DNA of 63,374 bases, the filler included, from Octopus bimaculoides (lineage: Eukaryota), in NCBI RefSeq assembly GCF_001194135.2. It is 3 parts of 3 records of this genome, joined end to end, with 100 filler letters (N's around TTAATTAATTAA, not from the genome) between each part and the next. Parts side by side here need not be neighbours in the genome. Positions count along the whole stretch, not along the records: positions 11,285 to 38,398 come from NC_068983.1; 2 more parts are not named here. One strand, given 5' to 3'. Positions 25,831 to 37,491 of this stretch are shown here, piece by piece. Within the stretch, counting starts at the first letter, position 1. Each line of letters starts with the position of its first letter. The notes under the pieces are model-generated. The model saw only the letters and a list, made by a program, of their open reading frames with translations, had not been told where the DNA came from and made no database searches. The position numbers and the translations under genes are program-made.

Positions 25831-26944
25831 ACTATAAATAACACCAATTCTTAAACCGGTCCAACCTGTTATTCATTTGACAGATTCGTAAGCGCAAAAC
25901 GTATGACCCTGGGGCACGAATTGTTGTAATTGTATATATGTATATGTATATATTTGTGTGTGTCAGAGGCTGTGCAAGCGTGTATATTGAGCGTGTATAT
26001 AGAAGTATGTGTGTGTGCATGTTAGACCTGAGTGTATGAATCTGTGTGTGCGTGCGTTTAAGCATTGTTTATATATTTGTGTGCATATCTGTGTTTGATA
26101 ACCACGTTATGAAATACCAAATAGCTAATGGAACTGAGATAATTTGTTTCAACATTAAGTACATATATCTATCGTATAAACTTACTCTCTGTTTTCTATT
26201 AGAACTTTAATGAGATCAAAAATTCATACTAATGTAGAAATTAGTCAATGTTCAACAAATTTCATAATTGGAAATATTTCATTCCAGAAATCACTTTTTT
26301 TTTTACCAATTTTTATTAAAGTTATGAAAACTGTTAATAACATTTCTTCAGTCTTTTAATGTTCTACTAAGAATTATTTCTGATAAGTCAGCCAAACATT
26401 TATTGCTTCTTAGAATATAATATTGGAAATGGATGTTTGCGTTGTTGTGTTTCTTTTCTTTTGCTCATCTGAATTACAAAAATGTATTATATTCCGAAGA
26501 ATTGATTGCTTTTATTCAATCTAACATATTTTAGTATCAATTTTTAAAATATTTGGTTGTGTTGATTGTTTTGTAGAGGTTCTGCCTTGTTTTCATTTCT
26601 ATTTGAAATTCGACATTGATTTTTGTGTCACAGTTTTCCAACTAGGAATGCAGTGCATGGAACAAATAATGTTTATACTTAGTTATCATGCGTATTTACT
26701 GCTAGAAGTTATTCTGTTTTAAGACCGTCCCTTAGAACATTGACAAATTCGATATCATCTCAGCATCAACATTTTCTCTTTGTCTCCCTCTGCCTTCCTT
26801 ACATTGTGTCTCTATCACTCTCATGCTGATATGTGTGTATGTGTGTATTTAAATTATGAATACATTAGACGTATCCAATATATATGTGAATAAATGGTAG
26901 ATATATATGCATAATTAATACATACACATAATTTATATAACATG

Positions 26945-27150
26945 TAAGGCTGTGAGCTGGCAGAATATTTATCACGTCAGACGAAATGTTTAGCAGCGTT
27001 TCACCTCTCTTTACCTTCTTGAGTTCAAATTCCGCAGATGTTGACTTTACTCATCAGGCTTTCAAGGGTCGATAACTACAAGCTGATTACAGGGATCGAT
27101 TATAATCGACTTATCCTCACCCACAAAATAGTTTATGCTGAAACCTGAAG
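26945..27150 (+). mobile_element. SINE family B, full length
   Basis: TAAGGCTGTGAGCTGGCAGAAT..GAGTTCAAATTCCGC..GACTTTACTCATCAGGCTTTCAAGGGTCGATAA. Confidence 0.75.
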
Positions 27151-27189
27151 CCAATATATAATACTATATATGAAATATTATAGTTCTAT

Positions 27190-27357
27190 ATTTAAAGGAT
27201 GGGGAATTATGTATATTATTTACATTTGACGGATATTTCTCCTCATCTTGTTTTTCGTTAACGCAACGTTTCGGCTGATATAGCCTCCAGCTTTTATCGG
27301 GTGCCTTCAGGAAATTTCGAACCTGGGTTCCCATTCCTAAGGCATTTTATGATGTTG

Positions 27358-27401
<44 letters not shown>

Positions 27402-27490
27402 ATTATCATTATTATTCTGGTCACTGCTTGGAATCGAACACCGAATCGTTGGATTAGTAGCCCGCGCTCTTAACCACTACGCCATATGGT
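27190..27490 (-). mobile_element. tRNA-headed SINE family E with internal (AAT)n and a Penelope-like / hammerhead-like 3' region
   Basis: Minus strand: ATATGGCGTAGTGGTTAAGAGCGCGGGCTACTAA..GTTCGATTCCAAGCAGTG (A/B boxes), (AAT)n, then ..CCGATAAAAGCTGGAGGCTATATCAGCCGAAACGTTG. Confidence 0.7.
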
Positions 27491-28685
27491 GTTGTATTAA
27501 CAACAAACAAGATGAGGTCAAATATCCGCCAAATGTAAACAAGGCAAATAATGAAATATTATTTATGAATATGTAAATATAGTTTTCTGAGTAGATGCAT
27601 TAATGTGTGCCTTGTGTGTGTGTGTGTGCTTCAGTTTCTTCATATGTATGAAGGCGTATGAAGACGTATGAAGACGTATTTCATATCAAACTGAAACCGT
27701 AATGGTTACAATTACGCTTAAGTTAAATTCGAAGCATTAGTGTACCCATAAAAGTTTGGGAATCTGAAGAGTTACACGTCTATATCTACGTTTATTCGCA
27801 AAGGTATAAGTGTACTGCGAAACGGGTAAAATAATTTATTACGCTGGGAAAGGGCCGTAATGCTACGGAGAACAAGTGGTTAAAGGAATAAATTCAACTC
27901 GCATACCTATTGGCTTTTTACAGTATATATATATATATATATATATNNNNNNNNNNNNNNNNNNNNNNNNNNNNNNNNNNNNNNNNNNNNNNNNNNNNNN
28001 NNNNNNNNNNNNNNNNNNNNNNNNNNNNNNNNNNNNNNNNNNNNNNNNNNNNNNNNNNNNNNNNNNNNNNNNNNNNNNNNNNNNNNNNNNNNNNNNNNNN
28101 NNNNNNNNNNNNNNNNNNNNNNNNNNNNNNNNNNNNNNNNNNNNNNNNNNNNNNNNNNNNNNNNNNNNNNNNNNNNNNNNNNNNNNNNNNNNNNNNNNNN
28201 NNNNNNNNNNNNNNNNNNNNNNNNNNNNNNNNNNNNNNNNNNNNNNNNNNNNNNNNNNNNNNNNNNNNNNNNNNNNNNNNNNNNNNNNNNNNNNNNNNNN
28301 NNNNNNNNNNNNNNNNNNNNNNNNNNNNNNNNNNNNNNNNNNNNNNNNNNNNNNNNNNNNNNNNNNNNNNNNNNNNNNNNNNNNNNNNNNNNNNNNNNNN
28401 NNNNNNNNNNNNNNNNNNNNNNNNNNNNNNNNNNNNNNNNNNNNNNNNNNNNNNNNNNNNNNNNNNNNNNNNNNNNNNNNNNNNNNNNNNNNNNNNNNNN
28501 NNNNNNNNNNNNNNNNNNNNNNNNNNNNNNNNNNNNNNNNNNNNNNNNNNNNNNNNNNNNNNNNNNNNNNNNNNNNNNNNNNNNNNNNNNNNNNNNNNNN
28601 NNNNNNNNNNNNNNNNNNNNNNNNNNNNNNNNNNNNNNNNNNNNNNNNNNNNNNNNNNNNNNNNNNNNNNNNNNNNNNNNNNNNA

Positions 28686-28803
28686 AGAAGACTAAGAGTA
28701 AAAGATGTTTTATATGACACATTCTACCAGCGTCCCAAGTTTCAAAGTGTTTCGTTAGTGTTTCGTTAAGAAAATACTGGCTCCCCCGTTTTAAAATAGA
28801 TCC
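28686..28803. mobile_element. Right end of a Merlin-like MITE; the rest probably lies in gap 27947-28685
   Basis: Nearly identical to 37387-37491 including the TIR ACTGGCTCCCCCGTTTTAAAATAGATCC; flanked by (TA)n on both sides of the gap. Confidence 0.75.
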
Positions 28804-28821
28804 ATATATATATATATATAT

Positions 28822-29050
28822 ATTTACTCTTTTACTTGTTTCAGTCATTTGTCTGCGGCCATGCTGGAGCACCGCCCTTAGTCGAGCAAATCGACCCCAG
28901 GACTTATTCTTTGGAAGCCTAATACTTATTCTATCGGTGACTTTTGCCGAACCACTAAGTTACGGGAACGTAAATACACCAGCATCGGTTGTCAAGCGAT
29001 GTTAGGGGGACAAACACAGACACGTAAACATATACACACACATACATATA
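28822..29050 (-). mobile_element. SINE family A, 3' half, CpGs intact
   Basis: TTTACTCTTTTACTTGTTTCAGTCATT..GCGGCCATGCTGGAGCACCGCC..GTCGAGCAAATCGACCCCAGGAC..CAGCATCGGTTGTCAAGCGATG. Confidence 0.88.
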
Positions 29051-30859
29051 TATGCGTGTGTGTGACGCACACTACTTTCAATTTCAATGTGTCACCCTCT
29101 AATTCCTCGATCAACTAGTTAGAGAGACTATTTGTATGGTTGATGAACTAATAAATACAGCCACACACGCACATATTAAAAACTGTGTTTGGTATGTATT
29201 TCTATTAGATCGCCAAACCACTGACAGAGAAAGCTCTCAATTGGTATATATGGAAAATTATCGTCCATTCCTACAACAGAAGTTTTGCGAGATAAAATGC
29301 AATATTTCCAGTCTGCACACAATTTGATGGTGCCAGCAAAACTGCGAAGTTACTGTCATACTGCTCTATATAATAATATGAATGCACGTATATGTACATG
29401 CATATATATCCATTTATGTATACAAAAGTTTGTATGAATGCGCGTGTATGTATATACATATATATATGTGTGTGTGTGTGTGAGTGGGTGAGTGTGTGAG
29501 TGTGTCTGTGTGTCTGTGTGTGTGTGTGTTAGTATTCAAATATTGATAATTTCCAACAATACATTTAAAGCAAGCATTAAATGTGTTCAAACGTGAATAA
29601 CCCTTAGAACTTGATCCCAGCTTTATAATTTTGATGGTTGCTAACTGCAGTCACTTCATATTTTATTAAATATAGGCCGTATAGGGTTAATAACAGATCA
29701 AAGAAAAGAAGAAAAGAGCTCGATGTTTGAACTCCATCATCGTTGAATGACGTCTTGGTATTAAATAATAAAATGACGCCATCTGTTTTTCAAAATAATT
29801 TTGATGGTTTCGCACGTAGGATATTATGGTCATTAGATGCGTACATTTTGTGCTTATTCAATAATGTAAAATCCCACATATATAATACATCAAAGAAAGT
29901 ATTATGAATCAGCGAGAGCCAACAAGAGCTAGCGAGACCAAACAAGAGGAAACGAGAGCCAGCGACAGACAGCGAGAACCAGCGAGATCAACGACGCTAG
30001 TGTGACCTTCGAGAACGATTGAGAGAACATCCCTTATACAAGAAATAACAGCACTGTATACTTATATCTTATTCTGCTATTTTAAATATGAAAAGATACA
30101 GTGGAATTTGTAAGTACATATACACTGCATTTCAACAAAACACGGAACTAGTACGGTTTAGAATGATTTTACTCTATGCCTGATCCATTGAAGCTGAACT
30201 GAATGAGACAATAATAACAGGAAATTATTTAGGAACCAGCGAATGAGACATGCCCCCAGCATTGGTGATCATTCTGCCGTAAATATTAGAGAAAAAATGA
30301 ATCCCAAAACGACGCCACACAATTTTACACATCAAGAAACAAAACACTAAATAATGTAGATCCTAATGCAAAAGATATAACAGATCAGTTTGCAGTTAGA
30401 AAGTTTTAGTTCACACACGTGAACAGACAAAGCGCAAAATGAATCTATTAAATCAACAGTAACAGTGCTACACCTCAGCTTTGGCAAATATAATTACACA
30501 CATACATGCCTACATGTATAGAGGGAGATAGAGAGTTAAATGTCTTCAACACGTGTCATTATAATTATATTACTCTGTCGATTTGCATATCAATTGCCTT
30601 CTATATATGGGTACATGCATGTGCATATATATTTATTTATATATGTTTGTATATGTATATTTTATATATGTTAACATTGATGTAATATCTATTACATAAC
30701 TAATAAGTGTATGAAACAGCTGTGAACGAATGAAATAAACATTTGCTTTCTCAACTCATATCTCTCATCTGTTACATATATAAATATGAAATATGCTGAA
30801 CCGTAATTTTCTTTTGTCTTTCTGTATTCTTTTTTCATTCTCTCTTCTCTTTTTTTACT

Positions 30860-30988
30860 CTTAATCCTTTTTGTCGAAGAGCGTAGTTTCGAAAGGCAAA
30901 ATACTTTTCTATTCTTCCCGGGCATTAAGCTAATACACCTGCTTGTTGTTCCTACACCTGTCTTCGTCTTTTTTTATCCTTAATTTTG

Positions 30989-30990
<2 letters not shown>
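30860..30990 (+). mobile_element. Penelope-like terminal fragment, degenerate
   Basis: GTCGAAGAGCGTAGTTTCGAAAGG..TTCCCGGGCATTAAGCTAATACACC..ACACCTGTCTTCGTC is homologous to 54360-54460. Confidence 0.55.
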
Positions 30991-31019
<29 letters not shown>

Positions 31020-31619
31020 CCAATATCTACATATTTGCAATGGTTATGCGTAAATTCTGCAGCTGTTTTAACGCAGTTATTAAATATTGCCATACGATGA
31101 TGCAATTTACACTACGGGAGAAAGGCTTCGTATTCTAATCACCTTTCGAAAAATAATTAATTAATTAATTGAAACCGATGTATCTCTTTCCTCGCCTCAT
31201 ATAGATTCATAATACCAGTTTCCCGATTTCTGTAAATTATATATTCCTCCTTGGACGGGACGCTGTTACATCACAGGATTTCACGTTTCTGTTGGGTAAA
31301 TGGACTGCCAGAAAGTGAAATGAAATATTTTGCTCAAGAACCCATCGTATCCCACCGTCCACGAATCGAAACCGCGATCTTACGATCACGAGTCGAATAT
31401 CCCTAATTAATAAGCCATACGCCCCCACTTCGAAACTTAATTAATATTACCTGAATGATATTATAGTTATTTTGATTTCGTCAATGATTTATTCACGAAG
31501 AACATTTTTTTATAACTATACATGTTTGGGTTTATTTATTTATTTATTTTTTTAACGAAGAAAGACGTGGGTAGAAATTCTTGCCGTTGCTTTCTTCATT
31601 GTTTCGTTATCCATTTTCC

Positions 31620-32000
31620 ATCCATTTTCTTTGCCCACAATACTTAGTAGGGTCTTGAGCGTAGGATCCTCAGGCTTGTACTTTAGAAAGTCCTATCAGA
31701 GGCAACCTTCAATAGACTTTCCAGCTGGATTCCCAACTGTGACCAATTAAGGCTTTGGATATTATCCAACGATTTCATACTCGGTCCGACCCTGCATATC
31801 TTGCTGTTTGGCACGGCTTTCCTACAACAGTTTAATCACTCGTCTGTCGTACCAGAGCTGTCACTTCACAATGCGGAGAAGTAGCGGCGCGATCTAGAGA
31901 GACTCTCTGATCTCCGAGCTACACATCCTGACCAGTAAATGTTACTCCAGAAGTCCTACGGAGGTACCCGACTTCTCCTTCTATTCGCGGTCATCCTGAT
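31620..32000 (-). mobile_element. RTE-clade LINE C-terminal remnant
   Basis: Frameshifted minus-strand translation: EVGYLRRTSGVT..SSEIRESL..PLLLR..QLWY..WLDNIQSLNWSQLGIQ..VASDR. Confidence 0.7.
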
Positions 32001-32334
32001 TCGTTCATGGTTTTCAACTGCGTTATCATTAATCATTCATCTTTTATTTGCTTCAGCTTTAAAATTATTGCCATGCTGTAACACTGGCTATGAACCTATG
32101 TAAAAGCAACAGCCAAGGATCGAAAACAATGTTAATTGTCAATACAGTCAGCAGCAACCACACCACCGACAATGCCGACAACAACAACGTTAACAATAAG
32201 AGCAGCAGCAGCAACAACAGCAGCGACAACAATAACAATAACGAAACGATGAATTAATGGAATTTAAATAACACTAAATAAATGTTTTAACAGCAGCAAT
32301 ACATAACCATCAACGACAATGATATTTGGCACGA

Positions 32335-32500
32335 AAGCAGCCGCAAGGTCTGTAATTTAGGGAAAGGGGTTAGTCAGATAAATTGTCCCTTGAACTTGGT
32401 TTGTACTGTACGTTATTGATCCCGAAAGAATTAAAATCAAATTTGACATTGGAAGGATTTGAACTCAGAACGTCAAAAAGTAAATACTGCAAGGTATTTT
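32335..32500 (-). mobile_element. SINE family B, diverged
   Basis: ATTTGGCACGAAAG..GATCCCGAAAGAATTAAAATC..GGATTTGAACTCAGAACGTC. Confidence 0.65.
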
Positions 32501-33984
32501 CTAATCGTTTCTAAGGATATCGCTAATCCGCTGCCCTAATATCAACAGTAGTAGTTATTAGTGTTAGACAGATGCAAATGATTAAACTAAACGGAATTAA
32601 TAATTGTATACTATTTAATTCATAGACCGGAGACAGTTCAAAAGACGGGATAACGTCAGAATAAAACGATACACATAAACATGAATCACGATGATGATTG
32701 TTATGAAGATAACTATGATAATGATGATGATGATGACGACGACACGATGTAGGAGGAGGGGCTTCCGACGACGACGACACGATGTAGGAGGAGGGGCTTT
32801 CAACGACGAAGACGGCTATGACGGCTGCAGCGGTAGCAGCGGTGATGATGACAATGGATGTAGTGGTTTAAGTCCTTTGTCTCACAGATAAGGTCTGATT
32901 GCTCTGACCATTGATTGAAGGTATTCCGTAGTGAGATTCCCGTCTTCTTATTGTTTTTTTTCGAAGAAGAGGACTAAGTTATCTAACGTGTTTTCTTACC
33001 CTGTTCGACGGATGTGTAATTTGAGGGAGATTTGACTGTTGTACTTTTAAACAGGTTGATCGACCACGGTGGAGTCCCTGAATGAAATTTGGTGTTTGTT
33101 TTATTGAGCTTAATATTTCCTTTGAGTGAAAAAGTGAGGGACAATGATGGCGATCGAGATAAGTGGAGGAGAAGCAAGCAAAAACAATGTTTTTTTTTCG
33201 TTTTTTTAATCGAATGACTAAGAAAGAGTGTTAACCAAGACCGCATAGATAACAACACTATCTACAGCCAAGTAATAGATAATGCAATTTTCTTTTCATA
33301 AAAGCCAACACCAATAAATAAAAACTGTAATGACGTATGTGGCTGGAGAGAGAGCGAGAGAGCAGGTGTTGTCTGATTCATTAACAATCAGTAATGAAAT
33401 GATATTGATTGGGTACGAGGTAAAAAAAAAGTAATCAACTAGAAAGATGTGTTAGATTAGTTGTAAGGGTAAGTAGAGTATGGGTATGTGATTGTAGCAG
33501 TAGTCGTGGTGTTGATTTTTGACAGTGTTGCTGGATCCATTGTAGGGAAATACAAATAGAATTACTACTGAACAAATACTAACATTCAAAATATGTAACG
33601 CTGTCTGCAGCGCTAGAAAATGCTATCTTTTGATAACTTTTGTGGTTGTTCGCCTAACGTAAACAGAACAGCAATTCAAGATGGCTTAGGTTTCTATGAA
33701 GTGCGAAATTAACGCTTTTACGACTTCTTAGATTAATAATAATCTCTGTATTTGCTTTCCTTCTCCAAACAATAAAGACTATGACGTCTTCAAACACAAT
33801 TATCATTTCGTATATATTATGGTTTATGCGAGTACTATACCTATATCTATGAAGACAAAAGTTAGATACGCTACAACAAGAAGTTGTATACTAGATTTTC
33901 TGCTGTGTTGAAATCTTCATTATTTAAGCCATTATTAACTGTACTTTAAATTTTAAGTAATATTCCTTTGGATGCTGAATAGGC

Positions 33985-34108
33985 ACAAGGCATGAAATTT
34001 GTGGGGAGGGGCTAAGTCGATCACATCGACCCTGTACTTGACTGGTATTTAATTTATCAACTCCGAAAGGATGAAAGAAAAAAAGTCAACTTCGGCGGAG
34101 TTTGAACG
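33985..34108 (-). mobile_element. SINE family B, 3' part
   Basis: GGCACAAGG..GGGGAGGGGCTAAGTCGATCACATCGACCC..CCGAAAGGATGAAAG..GTCAACTTCGGCGGAGTTTGAAC. Confidence 0.8.
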
Positions 34109-34109
34109 C

Positions 34110-34230
34110 ATGGATGCTGAAATAATGCTGATAAGATTTGAAGCAACTGCTGCAAAAATGGGACTAAAAATCCACAACTTACAAACCAAAGTAATGCTAG
34201 TTAACAACTGTAACCATAAGGAATATAGAA
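34110..34230 (+). mobile_element. LINE RT fragment (region downstream of YADD)
   Basis: MLIRFEATAAKMGLKIHNLQTKVML resembles the RTE 'A.K.GL.IN..KTK.M' motif. Confidence 0.55.
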
Positions 34231-34519
34231 GGTGCCGTTTACATAGATATGTTAAGAGGTAATGTTTCGAATGTTGCACGATAAAATAATTCTCGATTAG
34301 TTAAAATTTTCATCTTGATTCAAATGAAGTAAACAAAATCCGACTAGTAATTAATAGTGATTTATATGGAAGTGATCAGATAATTTCCCAAGTTTCAGGC
34401 ATGGGAGACAATTATAATAATGTTTCAGCCATAATTAGATTCAATAAGCAAAGCAGATTCGATTCAAACTTCTTTTTTCAATTCACGTTTGTTTTCCTTT
34501 TACATACTTCTTTCTTTCT

Positions 34520-34760
34520 TGCCTTTAACCCTCCAACGCGGAGTATAGGCCAGTTATAATTGAATTCCATGTCGCATAATTTTTCGCTTCTGTACTTATA
34601 TTCTGCCATGAATGTCCCCCTTTCTCTAGTTCTTTTGTGTTGATCTACGCCACGAGTTCTTAGGCCTACCCCTCTTTCTATATCCATCAGGATTCCACTG
34701 TAAAGCACTTTTCGCTGCATTTGGTGTGTCTTTTCTAATTGTGCTACCAATCCACTTCCA
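34520..34760 (-). mobile_element. RTE-clade LINE C-terminal remnant
   Basis: A minus frame not shown in the ORF track reads LQWNPDGYRKRGRPKNSWRRS (RTE hallmark L.WNP.G.R.RGRPKNTWRR). Confidence 0.78.
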
Positions 34761-35883
34761 CTTTTTCTTAAATATTTACTACTTAATCGAAACTTGTTTC
34801 GTTCTTTGCCATAGCTGCATATTGCTTATGTGTTCAGGCCATCTGATTTTAAGTATACTACGCAAGCACCTGATTACGAAAGCACTGATAGTTGACAAGT
34901 CTTTTACATACTGATACAGACATACTAAGTTATTTAATCACTAATAAAATGCATAGTTTAAGAAAACAAAAAAAGATGAATTTTTTTAAGGGATGTAAAT
35001 GAAGTTCACCAATAACACCGAGATAACTATATTGTGACAAAATTAGTTGAAAATATTTCCAATTTCCTAACTTTTATTAATCTAATTGTAGATTGCTTTT
35101 ATGATTCTTAGAACAATGTTTGTAATTTTTAGCGAATTAGATTTGTCTTTACATAAATATTTTACATTGTTTTTACTGTTTAATTGAATAATTATATAAA
35201 CTCGTTGCGCCTGATAAATAAATAATTAAAAACACTTGTCTGTACATCTCTTGTGTTATGATTTGTTAATTTTTCATTTTCGATTTATTTTCTGTTCGTG
35301 TATGTTTTAATGTATTTGGTTATTTTTTTTTACAGTAATAGCAGAGACGACACGAATTATACTGTCTCGAGTCCTAGAAATCGTAGAACCGTTCACCCAG
35401 GATTCATGATGCGTAAGTTGCTAAGGACACAGCACTATCCTTGAAAAAAACACCAGTCCATTTCAGGGCTACTCATTTAAAGTTGAATGGACTTCAGCAA
35501 AGTGAAATGAAGTGCTCAAGAACATAATAAGTTACCAGTTACCTGAATTCAAACCACGATCTTGTGATTGTGACTGCTACATCCTATTTACTAGGCCACT
35601 CACATTCCCACTGATTACTAGTATTGCACTACTACTACTACTACTACTACTAATAATAATAATAATAATAATAATAACTTCTTTATAGTCCAGAATGACA
35701 CACAAATGTATAAAAATATATATCTCACAAAAGTCTTGGAAAATCATTTCTGCGATTACTGTGTAAATTAATATCGTGTAAAAATGAGATTCATTTTAAT
35801 GATTTAAAGAAAAGAAGCCACAAGAGTCAAAAAATTATTCATTAAAACGAGGATGAAATATGATCATCGTTTTATCCGTCTGC

Positions 35884-35924
<41 letters not shown>

Positions 35925-36482
35925 CGCTGAAAGTAGTGTTTTCCACAAAATCATTTTCCCTGGTCCATTACGCAAAATCGTTTGTACCTTTCCAAAGTTA
36001 TCTTCTTAAAGTGAAAACTGAAGTTACTAAGAAGACTGGGCAGACGACGAAGATGCCTGCTTCTACTCCTTTCAAACTTTCCCCGCGTACGATCCCTTTT
36101 GATATAATCATCTGTCATAGAGATTTTGACTGACATTCTTGATCAAAGGAAGGCGTCAAGTTGGTAATGACGTCCGACACTGCTGACGGCAGAGTCCATG
36201 TTATACATTTCCACAAGAGAACAACCCTTGTCCATAAAACGAGTGCGGAAAGGCATCATTATTATATGTTTATGTACATCAGTGTTGCAGAGTATGAACA
36301 CCGCACACAGTTAAACATACGATATATGTATATGAATAAACATTGGAAGCATCGAATCTGTTCATATTTTACAGGCACGAAAATAAATTTTAAACGAAGT
36401 ATAGCTGTGAAAACAGCAGAAGAAGGACTGGGTGTTTACCGTTTTAAGACGGTAAAAAGAAAAAAAGCTTATAAGCATGCAG

Positions 36483-36569
36483 CTACGAGAATCGAACGCT
36501 GTGCTCTTCAACTACGAGAATCGAACGCTGTGCTCCTCAACTACGAAAATCGAACGCTGTATGCCTCAG
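36483..36569. repeat. 29-bp tandem repeat, 3 copies
   Basis: CTACGAGAATCGAACGCTGTGCTCTTCAA / CTACGAGAATCGAACGCTGTGCTCCTCAA / CTACGAAAATCGAACGCTGTATGCCTCAG. Confidence 0.95.
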
Positions 36570-36659
36570 TTCCTAAGATGAGTGCTTGACCAATAAATAA
36601 GCTAAACGGACTATTATAACATAGTATTGCCAGTTTCAATGCTAAATAAAAGCGTTTCG

Positions 36660-37491
36660 GGATCTATTTTAAAACGAGGGCGCCAGTTTTCATTTATGTT
36701 TTATGTAGTGTTTTTGGTACGGAAAGACTTTCAAACTTCGTATACTTATCTATTTTGTGTTATAGAACAGAAAAATATTTTTGTATTCGAATTTATTTCA
36801 TGTAAAAAATTGTCTTAGTTCGATAATTTCTACTAATCACTGATGTCTATTCAGTTGAAAACAGTTCGCGTTGTAACGGTGTATACCGCATTAATCCCCT
36901 AACCTTAACTAGACTGTTAACCGTAACCNNNNNNNNNNNNNNNNNNNNNNNNNNNNNNNNNNNNNNNNNNNNNNNNNNNNNNNNNNNNNNNNNNNNNNNN
37001 NNNNNNNNNNNNNNNNNNNNNNNNNNNNNNNNNNNNNNNNNNNNNNNNNNNNNNNNNNNNNNNNNNNNNNNNNNNNNNNNNNNNNNNNNNNNNNNNNNNN
37101 NNNNNNNNNNNNNNNNNNNNNNNNNNNNNNNNNNNNNNNNNNNNNNNNNNNNNNNNNNNNNNNNNNNNNNNNNNNNNNNNNNNNNNNNNNNNNNNNNNNN
37201 NNNNNNNNNNNNNNNNNNNNNNNNNNNNNNNNNNNNNNNNNNNNNNNNNNNNNNNNNNNNNNNNNNNNNNNNNNNNNNNNNNNNNNNNNNNNNNNNNNNN
37301 NNNNNNNNNNNNNNNNNNNNNNNNNNNNNNNNNNNNNNNNNNNNNNNNNNNNNNNNNNNNNNNNNNNNNNNNNNNNNNNNNNNNNNTAAAAGATGTTTTA
37401 TATGCCACATTCTACCAGCGTCCCAAGTTTCAAGGTGTTTCGTTAGTGTTTCGTTAAGAAAATACTGGCGCCCCCGTTTTAAAATAGATCC
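36660..37491. mobile_element. Non-autonomous DNA transposon (Merlin-like MITE), ~830 bp including a gap
   Basis: TIRs GGATCTATTTTAAAACGAGGGCGCCAGT (left) and ACTGGCGCCCCCGTTTTAAAATAGATCC (right); 8-bp TSD GCGTTTCG (36652-36659) / GTGTTTCG (37492-37499). Confidence 0.8.

Noticed and set aside
34110-34760. A second possible twin-priming inversion
   Set aside because: The RT piece (+) and C-terminal piece (-) are tail-to-tail, the wrong geometry; treated as separate fragments.
36483-36569. CRISPR-like 29-bp repeats
   Set aside because: The units are contiguous with no spacers, there are no cas genes, and the context is eukaryotic.
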